Shown: piece after piece, positions 1-11,584 of the stretch | Position numbering within the stretch: position 1 is the first letter of the stretch | How the letters are laid out: each line of letters starts with the position of its first letter | Source of the DNA: Hemiscyllium ocellatum | Lineage: Eukaryota | DNA length: 64,000 nt | Direction of reading: 5' to 3' | Assembly: GCF_020745735.1 (NCBI RefSeq) | Contig: NC_083409.1 | Location: 19,116,341-19,180,340 of the forward strand | Position numbers and translations under genes: made by a program | Notes under the pieces: generated by a model | The model's database searches: none | Told to the model about the DNA's origin: nothing | Seen by the model: only the letters and a program-made list of their open reading frames with translations

Positions 1-2911
1 GGATAGAGTGGATACAGGGCAGACTCGGGAACCAAGGCACAACCTCAGAATGAAGGGCCGACCCTTTCGAGCTGAGGTGAGGAGGAATTTCTTCAGCCAG
101 AAGGTGGTGAATCTGTGAAACTCATTGCTACAGAGGGCAAGGGAGGCCAAGTCACTGAGTGTATTTAAGACAGAGATAGATAGGTTTGTGATTGTGAAGG
201 GGATCGAACGTTCCTGTGGAGTAGGCAGGGGAATAGGGGTGAGAAGCATATCTGCCAAGATCAAATGGCAGAGCAGATTCAATGGGCTGAATGGCTGATT
301 TCTGCTCCTATTTCTTAAAGACTTCTGGACAGTTTCCCCCCAAAACCCTGGAACACTGAACCCACTGGACTGTGAGCCCTGCTGGAGCTGTTTGTCATCA
401 GAAATTTGCCAAGAGACAACCAAAGAGTGGAGAGAGTGTGCATCCATGTGGGAATTTCAGAATGCTTCCTAGCTCCTGGAATACCTTTAGTACAGGAAGT
501 GTGGTCAGTGACAGCAGTTGGAGCTCTGGGTTTTGGAGCTTAAGCAGCAGCTGGTGTCAGTGCGGAGCGTCCGTGAGGCTGAGAGCTCTGTGGAGAGCAC
601 GTTTCTAGATGTGGTCACTCTGCAGCTTCAGAGTATGCAGGGTCAGAGGGAATGGGGGAGCAGCAGACAGTCCAGAAGAAGCAGGCAGCTAGTACAGGAA
701 TCCCCTGACTGTATCCCACTCTCCAACCAGGATTCAGTTTGGAATCCTGATGAGAATGATGGGAGTGTAGCCAGAGCCAAGTCCATGGCACCATGGGGGG
801 GCTCAGCTTTATTGGGGGTGGGGGGGGTGTGTGGTGGTATAAGGAAGACTGGAAGAGTGATCGTGAAAGGAGATTCGAGAGTGAGGGCATCGATAGGTGT
901 TTCTGCAGCTGCAGATGGGAATCCAGGATGGTGTGTTGTCTCCCTGGTGCCAGGGTGAAGGATGTCACTGAGCGACTGCGGAGCACCCTGAGGGGAGAGG
1001 GGGAACAGGCAGCAGTCGTGGTCCATATCAGTCCCAGTGACAGAGGGAGGAAAGGGATGTAGTCCTGCAGTCAGAATTTAGGGAGCTCAGAAGGGAAATA
1101 ACATCAGAAACTCAAAAGTAGGAATCTTCAGGTTACTCCCAGTGCCCCAGGCAAGTGAGAAGAGGAGCAGGAGGATAACACAAGTGACTGTGGGGCTGGA
1201 AAGAGGATCCAGGAGGGAGGTTTTAGATTCTTGTGACATTGGGGCTGGGTCTGGGGGAGATGGGACCTGGGTAGACCAGACAGCGTTGCTCCTGAACAGA
1301 GCTGGCACTGAGCTCCATTGAGGTGATCTACTCGTGCTGTTGGAGAGGGTTTAAACTAACTTGGCAGGGCTGTGGGAGCCAGGAGGGAATATCGGAGAGG
1401 AACACCAAGATCCACAGAATCATCAGTGCAGTCAATAAGTCACCATCCAGTGGGAAGGATTTAGAGGAATACGTTTGCAAGGAATTTACAGAGACCTGCA
1501 AATATAAATAGGGTGGGGGGGAATGTCTTTAATTTCTCAATATAGACTGGGATAGTAGCAGTGTGAAGGACAGAGAGGGACCAGAGTTGTGAGAGTGTGT
1601 TCATGTGAATTTTCCCCAGCCGCATGTTTCCAGTCCAATGAGAAAGGAGGCTCTGCTAGATCTGGATCTTGGCCCAAGTGGATCAAGTGTCAGAGAGAGG
1701 ACACTTAAGGAAGAGTGATCATTGTATCACAAAGTTGAGGGTGATGGTAGAAAAGACCAAATGCCTTTTCAGGGTCAAACATCTTCACTGGGGAAAATGC
1801 CAGCTTCTATAGGATATGGATGTAACGGATCCGAATAAAGTGGGATCAAACGTTGGCAGGAAAGTCCTGAAAAGAATAGTAGAGGATGTGGACCAGGTAT
1901 AGTCGAGATACATTTGAAGGAGGGCAAACAATTCCTGAACTTACTCAAGGGCAAAAGTGGTAGAATTATGGTAAATAAGAAAAGGGCAAAAGAGAGAGAA
2001 TAGGGCCCCATGAAGATGAACAATGTACCTCTGGGTGGATCCACAGGAAATGGTTTAGGTCTTAAATGAATATTCCAGGTCAGTATTTATCATGGAGAAG
2101 GACATGGAAATTTGGGAACTTTGGAAGTAAATAGTAATGTCTTGACACAAGTCCACATTACAGAAGAGGATTTCTTAAAGTGCAAGATGGTAGATAAATC
2201 TCCAGGACCTGATCAGGTGTATCCCAGGACATTGTGGAAACCTAGGAAAGAGATTGCTGGACCCCTTGCTGAGGTATGTTTCTGATTGACAGCCATGAGT
2301 GAGGTTCTGGAGAACCAGAGAGGTTGGCTAATGTTAGCCATTGTCTAAGGAAAAGCCAGGGAACTATAAACCAGTGAGCCTGATGTCATTGCTGGGTAAG
2401 ATATTGGAGTGAATTCTGAGGGACAGGATTTACATGCATTTGGACAATCAATGCAGTTTTGTGCATGGTAATCGTGTCTCACTAACGTGATTGAGGTTGT
2501 TTGAAGAGAAGATTGATGTCAGCAGAACAGTAGACACTGTCTATATGGACTTCAGCAAAGCATTTGACAAGGTTCCACATGATAGACTGATTAGTAAGAT
2601 TAGGCCACATGGGATCCAGGGGGAGCTAGCCATTTGGGTAAAAAAATGACTTCAAGATAGGAGACAGAGAGTGGTGGTAAGGGGTTGCTTTTCAGACTGG
2701 AGATCAGATGTCAGCTGTGTGCCACAAGGATTGGTGCTGGTTCCACGGCTTTTCATCATTTAAATACATGATTTGGATGTGAATATAAGAATTATAGCGA
2801 GTTTGTAAATGACCCCAAAATTGGTGGTACAGTGGATAGTGAAGAAGCATATCTGAGAGTACAGTGGGACCTTGATCATTTGGGGAAATGGGCAGAGGTG
2901 TGGCAAATGGA

Positions 2912-3129
2912 CAAAAGTGCAGACTGCAGATGCTGGAAACCAGAGTTTAGATCAGAGTGGTGCTAGAAAAGCACAGCATGTCAGGCAGCATCCGAGGAGC
3001 AGAAAAATCGACGTTTCGGCTAGAGGAATCCTGATGAAGGGCTTTTGCCTGAAACGTCAATTTTCCTGCTCCTCGGATGTTGCCTGACCTGCTGTGCTTT
3101 TCCAGCACCACTCTGATCTAAACTTGTGA
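2912..3129 (+). mobile_element. Penelope-derived fold-back element with 8-bp TSD (CAAATGGA)
   Basis: About 75-bp inverted arms; TSD at 2904-2911 and 3130-3137; inserted in a CR1 LINE. Confidence 0.8.
3025..3066 (+). ncRNA. Minimal type I hammerhead ribozyme motif
   Basis: GGAATC-CTGATGA-A-GGGC-TTTT-GCCT-GAAA-CGTC-AATTTTCC: intact catalytic core, palindromic ACGT stem III, one stem I mismatch. Confidence 0.6.
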
Positions 3130-3247
3130 CAAATGGAGTTCAATTTAGATAAATGTGAGATGTTGCATTTTGGAATGTCAAACCAGGGCAGGACTTATAC
3201 TGTTCATGGTGGGGACCTGTGGAGTGTTGCTCAACAAAGTGACATCA

Positions 3248-3361
3248 GGGTGCAGGGGCAGGGGCAGGTGCAGGGGCAGGGGCAGGTGCAGGGGCAGGGG
3301 CAGGGGCAGGTGCAGGGGCAGGGGCAGGGGCAGGTGCAGGGGCAGGGGCAGATGCAGGGGC
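3248..3361 (+). repeat. G-rich 6-bp tandem array (GCAGGG/GCAGGT) x about 19
   Basis: Read directly; expanded from a CR1-internal GGGTGCAGG motif. Confidence 0.95.
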
Positions 3362-4254
3362 ATTATTCCTTGACAGTGAAGTCACAGGGAGACAGGGAGA
3401 TGAAGAAGGTGTTGGGTACACTTGCTTTATTGGTCACTGCACTAAGTGTCAGAGTTGGGACATCATTTGCAGCTGTACAGGAAATTTGGGAATAATGTGA
3501 ACAATTCTGATCATCCTGTGATATGAAGGATGCTGTTAAACTTAAAATTCTTCAGAAAAGATTTCCATGGATGTTGCCTGGAACTGGAGGGTTTGAGCTG
3601 TCGGAAGAAGCTCAATAGACGGGGTATTTTTCCTGCAGGATCGGAGACTGAGGGGTGGCCTTATAGATGTTTATAAAATCATGACGGGCATGGACAGGGT
3701 GTATATCCCAGGTCTTTGCCTTGGGAAAGGGAATCCAAAACTAGAGGGTATAGGTTTAAGATGGGAGGCAAAAGATCCAAAAGGGACCTGAGGGGTAACT
3801 TGTCACACAGAGGGTGGTGCGTGTCCGGATCGAGCTGTCAGAGAAAGTGCTGGTGACGGATACAATTATAACATTTAAAAGATGTTTGGATGGGTACATG
3901 AATAGGAAGGGTTTAGAGGGATGTGGGCTAAATGCTGGCAAATGGGATGAGGTCAGTTTTGGATATCTAGTTAGCATGGAGAGGTTAGACTGAAAGATCT
4001 GTTTCCACGCTGTCTGACTCCGTGACCATTAGAGGCTGGAAAAACTGAGATCTTTTACCCTGAAGTGCCGGAGGCTGAGGAGTGACCTTATAGAGGTTTA
4101 TAAAATCATGAGGGACATAAATAATGTGAATAATACAGGAAGGAGGTGAATGTTTTGTAGAGCTGGCAAACATATGCACAAAGATCATTCCAGGGAAGAG
4201 GAATATCAGTTATGAAGATAGATTGGAGAATTTGGGACTGTCTTCTTTGGAGAA

Positions 4255-4456
4255 AGTTACAGATCACACAACATCAGGTTATAGTCCAACAGGTTAATGT
4301 GGAAGCACTAGCTTTTGGAGCACCGCTGACAACCATTTGATGAAGGAGGGGCGCTCCGAAAGCTAGTGCTTCCAAATAAACCCCCTGTTGGACTATAACC
4401 TGGTGTTGTGTGATTTTTAGCTTTGTCCACCCCAGTCCAACACTGGCACCTTCAAG
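4255..4456 (+). mobile_element. Second-family fold-back element with 11-bp TSD (TCTTTGGAGAA), specific to cluster 1
   Basis: Inverted arms ATCACACAAC..GGTTATAGTCCAACAGG / CCTGTTGGACTATAACC..GTTGTGTGAT; TSD 4244-4254 and 4457-4467; empty site in cluster 2 near 37510. Confidence 0.82.
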
Positions 4457-4854
4457 TCTTTGGAGAAGGCAGCGAGGAGAATTGTTCCAGAAATTCAAAA
4501 TCAGGAGGGGGCCTGGAACAGAGTAAATAGGGAGAAAATGATTCCACTTGTGAAAGGATTGAGACCGAGAGGCCACAGATTGAAAGTAATTGGAAAAGTA
4601 AGAAAAGTGAGATGGGGAACAACATTTCAGTCAGTGAGTGGTTAAGGTGTGGAATGCACTGCCTGAGAGTGTGGTGGAGGCAGCTTCAATTGAAACATTC
4701 CGAAGGGAATGAGACTGTTATCTGAAAAGGAACAATGTGCAGGGTGACAGGGAGAAGGCAGGAGAATGACACTCAGTGAATTGGTGATTTGGAGAGCTAG
4801 TCCAGACAGGATGGACGGAATGGCCTCTTGTGCACTGTAACAGTTCTGTGATTG

Positions 4855-5110
4855 TGTGATTGAGCAGAGTTAAAGCTGGGGGAGGTGGGAGCTCGGTGTC
4901 TCACTGTGCTGCTGCTGCTGCTGCTGAGGTCAGTGAGATCAGAGACTGGGACAGGGAGCCAGAGCTCACATCAAACTCTGCCCGTGTCCATCACACTGAG
5001 ACTGGCAGGAGGCTACTCACTGATTTCACTCCATGCTGCAGGAATGGGACCACAGGCTGCAAATGGACAGAGCTCTTCCACATGGTGAGTAAAACTTACT
5101 GACTTATATC
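4855..5110. other. Highly conserved J-C intron block, cluster 1 copy
   Basis: Only about 4 substitutions plus a (CTG)n length difference vs revcomp of 36845-37120. Confidence 0.7.
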
Positions 5111-5301
5111 TTGCTTTTTTTAAAGAGGGCATGAAAGTAAAGAAATACAACTGGACACCCTGCTAAACACAGTGCTCAAGTCAAACAACCATTTCATTCA
5201 CTGCAGCTCCCCACTAACACCTTCAACAAATCAGTAACTGTATTTTAGAAAGTGTGTTTCAGTTTGACAGGGTTAATAACAGAGGATTGAAGTTTACTTA
5301 C

Positions 5302-5336
5302 TCAGTCTGAGCTTGGTTCCTTTACCGAACGTGTAC
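5302..5336 (-). CDS. IGKJ: Ig kappa J segment 1 (YTFGKGTKLRL-S)
   Basis: FGxG motif, 35 nt, followed by the GTAAGT donor and preceded by the 23-RSS. Confidence 0.96.
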
Positions 5337-5375
5337 CACAGTGAGAGCTCCCAGTGCAGAGGCTGTACAAAAACC
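5337..5375 (+). other. 23-bp-spacer RSS of J1
   Basis: CACAGTG(5337-5343)-agagctcccagtgcagaggctgt(23)-ACAAAAACC(5367-5375), facing the V1 RSS. Confidence 0.98.
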
Positions 5376-5806
5376 TCAGCTCTCTGCTTCCCTCTTATCA
5401 CTGTCAACCTCTCTCTGTCTCTGTCTGTCTCTCACTCACTCTCACCCTCTCCCTGCCCCTCTCTGTCTCTCCCTCATTCATGTGTCTTTCTCTCTCTGTC
5501 TCTCTGGGTCGTTTCCAGCTGGGCTCGGGAGGTTGGTGAAATTTATTTTTCGATGTTAAATCTTGCAGCAGGTTTTCACATGTGGCTATAGAGTGTAAGA
5601 GGGAAACTAGAGGCCTTCAGTGAGTGTTGAAACACCACAGGGATTGGAGTGTGTCGTGGACAGTGGCAATCCCAGTTTGAGGTAATTTGATCAGCTTCAT
5701 TTAGATCTAACTGGATATGTCAGTTCAGGTGGTGGGACAGTGTGTCCATTATCATACATTTTATGTAACTGTGGGATGTGTCAGGAGGTAGTGCTTTATG
5801 TATTGA

Positions 5807-5834
5807 GGTTTTTGTACAGCTCTGTGTCACTGTG
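5807..5834 (-). other. 12-bp-spacer recombination signal sequence of V1
   Basis: Minus strand CACAGTG-acacagagctgt(12)-ACAAAAACC, perfect consensus. Confidence 0.98.
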
Positions 5835-6133
5835 TCGAGGGGAGCTGTAAACTTGCTGACAGTAATAGTCAGCGACATCCTCATTCTGAACGTTGCTGAT
5901 TTTCAGGGTGAAACTGGTCCCTGATCCACTGCCGGTGAATCGATCGGAGACTCCTGTGAATCGATTTGTTGCATAATAGATCAGGAGAGAGGGTTTCTGA
6001 CCTTCTCGCTGCTGGTACCAGTTAACATAGTTGCTAACAGATTGACTGGCCGTACAGGTGAGTGTTGCGGTCTGGTCCAGTCCCACTGACAGCACTGGGG
6101 GAGACTGGGTCATGCTGATGTCCCCACTGATAC
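5835..6133 (-). CDS. IGKV: Ig kappa V segment 1, unrearranged ([23 protein letters not shown]...[15 protein letters not shown]...[15 protein letters not shown])
   Basis: Acceptor CCCTCAG| at 6134; open frame with both Ig cysteines, WYQQ and YYC; ends directly at a CACAGTG heptamer. The sequence type matches shark NS4/kappa V. Confidence 0.97.
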
Positions 6134-6319
6134 CTGAGGGGTCAGAGAGAAACACAGTGAAGTCAGAACTGTCACAGAAAGAGCCTGTCAAATGAGAGAT
6201 TATTGGAGACACTGAGCACTCCTCTAGTTTCAGTATTTTCCCTTCAATCACAAGTCAGTGGAATTGGAGTGAAATGGAGAGCAGGGAAAGATTCAAGGTG
6301 GAAGGAGAGAGATTTGTAC

Positions 6320-6368
6320 CTGCGACACAGAATGCCAGGGCCCAGATCAGCTGGATGTGTGAAATCAT
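6320..6368 (-). CDS. IGKV: Ig kappa cluster 1 leader exon (MISHIQLIWALAFCVA-G)
   Basis: ATG at 6368, 49-nt hydrophobic exon ending G|GTACAA (phase 1 donor); near-identical to the cluster 2 leader. Confidence 0.93.
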
Positions 6369-6428
6369 GGTGTGTGCTCCTGTCCCTGTGCCTGGTTCCA
6401 GATAAACTCTCCCTTCACTGGACTCTGC

Positions 6429-6520
6429 TTTATAAAGCTGCAGCCTGTGAGAGTCTGACTGGGTGTTCCTCAGTATGTAAATGGCATCAGGCAGAGAGAG
6501 CCACGTCCTCACACTTCCTC
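6429..6520 (-). promoter_or_regulatory. V1 promoter: TATA (6429-6436), variant octamer ATTTACAT (6475-6482), PU box GAGGAAGT (6513-6520)
   Basis: Motifs read directly, with the same spacing as in cluster 2 (TATA about 60 bp before ATG). Function is inferred from known Ig V promoters. Confidence 0.75.
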
Positions 6521-7574
6521 TTCTCTCTCTTTCTATCTCACTCTCTCTGTCTCAGAGTCATTGATGTGAACAGCAGTGAATGAGGCCATTTGGCCCATTG
6601 TGTCTGTGCTGGTAAACAAAGATCTGATGACACTAATCCCATCCTCCAGCTCTTGGCCCGTTACCCTGGGAGCTACAGCAACACAAGGGAATATCTAAAC
6701 ACTGCTCCAATGTCACGAGAGTTTCTGACTCAACCAGCCTTTCAGGCAGTGAGTTCCAGACTCCCACCACCCTCTGGGTGAAAACATTTCTTCTCAACTC
6801 TCCTCTCACTCTCCAACTCGCCTGGCCATGGACTCACTCGTGTTCAGAACGATGAGAGGGGATCTGATTGAAACATATAAAATTGTAACAGGGCTGGGCA
6901 GGGAGGAGGTTTCCCCTGGTTGGGGAGTCTGGAACCAGGGGACACAGGCTCAGGGGGATACAGGGTAGACCATTTCGGACTGAGATGAGGAAACATTTCT
7001 TCACTCAGAGAGTGGTCAACCTGTGGAATTCGCTACCACTGAAGGCTGTGGAGGACAAGGAACTGAATATATTCAAGAAAAAGAGAGAGATAATTGTTTT
7101 GCATTTTAACAGCTTGAAGAGAATGGGGAGAAGGCAGGAATATGGCTTTGAGAGAGAGGATCAGCCATAGATCATAGAATGCCTACAGTGTGGAAACAGG
7201 CCATTTGGCCCGACAAGTCCACACTGACCCTCGAAGAAATGATGACATTCAAAAATTGATACAGCCATGATCATACTGAATGACAGAGCAGACTCAAAGG
7301 GCCGAATGGCCTACTGCTGCTCCAAGTTTCTACGTGTCCGTGTCTGTGTTACCTTCGATCTCTGTACCAGATTATGAAGTCCTTTACTCATGTCAAATGT
7401 GCCATCCTACCCAACCTGTCACTGTCCTGAATAATCCTATCCCTCTCTATCAGGTCCCTTTTAAGCCTTCACTGCTCAAAGCTCACATTCAGGCAGCATC
7501 CTGGGAAATCTCCCTGTACCCTCTCAGGTACAATCACATTCTTCCCAGAGTGTGGTGACCAGGACCTGTCCCTC

Positions 7575-7653
7575 TCTCTCTTTCTCTGATTCACATCTGC
7601 CATTTCTTTCTCTCTACCTCTATCTCTCTCTCCCAATGTTAATCTCTTTCATG

Positions 7654-7716
<63 letters not shown>

Positions 7717-8330
7717 CACACACACACTCACTCTGTCTCATAGCCACATTCTCCAACTCACTGATGCTTTCTGACTACATCTTATCATCTGTTTCGCCAT
7801 CTCTCACTGTCTCTGTTACTCGCTCCCTCTCTCACTTCATTTAAAAGCCTCCAATTGTTATCTGTCACTCTCTATTCCTCCCTCTTTCTCTCTCCTTCCC
7901 TCTCTACCTCCCAATTTACAGTCTCTCTCCCTCTCTCTCTGTCATTATAAATCTACCCATACTCATCTCTCTCTCTCACACTCAACCCTACCCTCCCTCT
8001 CAACTCTCTTCATGCTTAGTCTCACACCCATCCTGTCTCTCACTCTCTCTCTCTCTCCTTGTCTCTTTGTCTCTCTCCATCCCTCTCAGTCACACTGTCT
8101 CACATTTTGTTTCTCTCTCTATCCCTCAACCTCACCATTTCTACCTCCCTCTACCTCTCTCTTGGTCCCCTCACATATCTTACACCGTATCAGATGCTCG
8201 TCCCTCTATCTCTCTCTCTCTCATTCTTTCTTTCTTTCTCTCTCTCTCTCTCATACACACACACACACACACACACACACTATTTTTCCCTCCATCTCTC
8301 TCTCTGCCTCACTGCTCTCTCTTTCTGACA
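7575..8330 (+). repeat. CT-rich low-complexity tract with (CT)n(CA)n microsatellites; mirror GA-rich tract at 34150-34500; other (CT/AG)n runs at 16620-16660 and 56240-56272
   Basis: Read directly. Confidence 0.9.
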
Positions 8331-9199
8331 GTGTCCTGGGTGGTGACAGTTGAATGCAGGATAAATCTCCCTCTGCTCTGTCCCACTAATGGATGTTAAC
8401 ACTTGACCCCTGTCTTCTCCTGGAGGAAGGCCCTATTTCCACGTTGACCAGGGTTTGGCCTCTCTCAGGAAGATGGACAGATTCTGGTCAAATGAAGGGC
8501 AGTTCTGTGCTGTTCTGTGCTGTTGGCCTATTCTCACTGGGGACTGATTTGGACACAAACCTCATTCTGTGAAGGCCTAGCAGAGAGAGGAGATCCTCAG
8601 ATCATCAGCGTGAGTTGGAGGGACAGGACAGGCTCTGACCCACTGACCCATTCACAACATATTCCAATCCCTTCCCCTCTCCTTCCCCTCTCCTTCCCCT
8701 TCCACAGTCAGTCTTGTCTGAAATGGAGTGGTCCCTTCCCTGTCTCACACCAAGGAGGAGATGAACAGATATTTAATGGGTAATGGGTTAAAGGATGATG
8801 GAGAGTGGGCAGGAAAGTGGAGTTGAGTCTGAGATGGGATCAGCCATGATTGTATTAAATGGTGGAGTGGGCTTGAGGAGCTGAAATGCCTGCTCCTGCT
8901 CCTAGTTCTTATGGTCCTCCACCCTCTCCCCCATCCCTCTTACTGCAACTTTGTGAACATTCTTGGAATGTTTGGACATTGAAGGCGCTATGTGAATTCA
9001 AGATTGGTGTGGATTCAATGTGGGGACAGAATTGTGCACGGGCTGTGATAGCTCCTGCGGTTGAATATCCTGCTGGCAGGCTTCCGCCTTCCATATACAG
9101 AATGGGGAAGTGGGGGAGGTCGGAATGTACTGCCGGGGTACACGGCGCTGTCCTCTAGCAATGTGGTTGACTCTCTAGTGCCCTCTGAAATGGCCGAGC

Positions 9200-10480
9200 A
9201 AGGCTCTCAGTTGTGTCAATTATGACAATGTTTCAACAAAGAAATGAGACCGGACGGGCCACAGGCATCGATCTAGACACCGAAAAGACAATGACAGAAA
9301 CAGCCCTGTCTACCCTGCTCCATCCTCCTTACTGACATCTGGGAGCTAGTGCCAAATTCAGGAGAGCTGTCTTACAGATGACTCAAGCAACAGCCTGACA
9401 CAGTCATACTCACAGAACCATACCTTACAGACAATGCCCCAGACACCACCATCACTGTCCCTGCATGTGTCCTGTCCCACTAGAAAGGAAGACCCAACAG
9501 AGCTGATGACACAGTGGTCTACAGTCAGGAGGGAGTTGCCCTGGGAAGTCTCAAAGTTGGCTCTGGACCCTGTGAAGACTCATGAAACTAAGTTAAAAAT
9601 GGGCGAGGAAACCTCCTGGTGATTACAAGATATCTTGCTCCCTTGGCTGATGAATCAGTCTCTCCTGGATGTTGAACAACATTTGGAGGAAGCACTGAGG
9701 GTGATGACAGCAGAGAGTGTACTCTGGGTGGGGGGTTTCAATGTCCACCACTGAGAGTGGCTCGGCAGCAGCATTACTGATCGAGCTGGTTGGTTCCTCA
9801 TGGATGTAGCTGAGGGACTGGCTCTGCAGCTGGAACCAAAAAGATGGAAAAAGATGCTTGACCCCATCCTCACCAATCTTGTGGCTGTAGATGCATCTAT
9901 CCTTGACAGTATTGGTAAGAGTGACCATCAACACAGTCCTTGTGGAAACAAAGTCTGACCTTCACATTGAGAATCCCCTCCATTGTGTTGTGTGGTACTA
10001 TCACCGTACTAAATAGGACAGACTCCGAACAAATATTGCAACTCAAGGCAAACTCGTAAATGAGGATGATTGCCAAAGATTGCACAATGTTCAGCACTAT
10101 TCTCAACTCCTCAGATACTGAAGCAGTCCACGTGCAAATGCAACAATATCTAGACAATATCCAGGTTTTGTCTGAGAAGTGACATTTCCCATTGGTGCCA
10201 TGCAAATGCCAGCCAATCACCATCACCAATAAGAGACAATCTTAACATCGCCCCTTGACAATCAATGCTATTACCATCACTGAATCCCTACTATCAACAT
10301 TCTTGAGGTGCCATTGACCAGAAACACAACTGGATTCACCAAAGAAACACAGTGGTTACAAGAGCAAGTTAGAGGCTAGGAATACTGCATCGAATAACTC
10401 CCCTCCTGATCCCCGCAAAGCCTGTCAACCAAGTCAGGAGTGTGAGCAAATACTCCCCACTTGCCTGGACAGGTGCAGCT
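9200..10480 (+). mobile_element. Second non-LTR family, APE endonuclease region with internal deletions
   Basis: KQQPDTVILTE.YLTDNAPDTTIT.P and VLWVGGFNVHH-type endonuclease remnants; a related independent fragment lies at 30650-31250. Confidence 0.7.
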
Positions 10481-11584
10481 GCAACAACATTCATAGATTG
10501 ATAGTGTCACAGAGTCATACAGCACAGAAACAAACCCTTCAGCCAAACTTCTACATGCTGACCAGGTTTTCTGAAGTGAACTCATCTTATTTGCCTGCAT
10601 TTCACACATATCCCTTGAAACCTTTCCTATCTATGTCTATTGTATCCTATGTCTTTCTTATCCACTCAAAAAGCTTGATACCATCCAGAGCAAAGCAAAC
10701 TCCTTGATTGTCATCACATTCTCAAAGTTTTCAAACTCACCGTCACTAATGCTCCATAGCAGCAGTGTGTATTATCGATAAGAAGCACTGCAGAAATTCA
10801 TCACTGATCTTCAGATAGCACCTTCCAAACCCATGGACAAAAATAGAAAGTGCTGAAAAAGCTCAGCAGGTCAGGCAGCATCTGTGAAGAGAAATCAGAA
10901 TTAACATTTCGGGTTGAGCATGAAATATTAACTCTGATTTCTCTTCACAGATGCTGCCAGACCTGCTGAGCTTTTTCAGCACTTTCTATTTTTATCTCGG
11001 ATTTACAGCATCTGCAGTTCTTTTGGTTTCCCTCCAAACCCACGTTCACTTCCGTTTAGAACAAGAGCAGCAGATACATGGGAACACTGTGAGCTGCAAG
11101 TTCCCCTCGAAAAAGCTTAGCATCCGGACTTGGAAATATGTCGCTGATCCCTCAGCCTTGCTGGGTTAAAATGCTGGCATTGTGGGTCAACTTACAGCTT
11201 GTGGACGACAACAATTCAAGATGGCAGCTTCCCACCACCTTCTCCAGGGCAACTAGGGACAGGGTAAAAAATGTTGGCCCAGCCGGTGAAGCCCACTTCC
11301 CACAAGTGAATATGCAAAACCAAATGAAGTGTTCCTCAGGAGGGGAGAGGGAATGTTCAGGATCCTGAACTCCATTTCCCAGCCCAGGCAGTTTGTCTCC
11401 CAATGAATGAATGAGATGCCAATTTGAAGCCCAGGTTCAGGGCAGTCTCACTCTGTGGACATGAGGTCTATAAGAAGGAATTGGAGATTGAGCTATAAAG
11501 GAAAGATTTGCTGGGTTACGGGGAGAGAGGGGGGAGCAGTGGGACTAACTGGATCATTCAAAGGCATGATGGGCTGAATGGCCT

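Larger units (their letters stand above)
400..4030 (+). mobile_element. Degenerate CR1 LINE pieces (ORF1 esterase 400-1400; ORF2/RT 1500-4030) with nested insertions
   Basis: Remnants of the GDSxVR/PGARVKD/HI esterase motifs, YMDFSKAFDKVPH RT motif and typical CR1 3' end. Confidence 0.85.

Noticed and set aside
5804-5820. 17-bp identity (GCTGTACAAAAACCTCA) between the V1 and J RSS ends as a RAG-transposon TIR relic
   Set aside because: Mostly the nonamer itself; GCTGT before the nonamer is a common spacer ending and V2 does not keep it.
5302-6133. Germline-joined VJ, as in some shark clusters
   Set aside because: Both clusters are split, with 498-bp and 475-bp V-J intervals and intact RSS.
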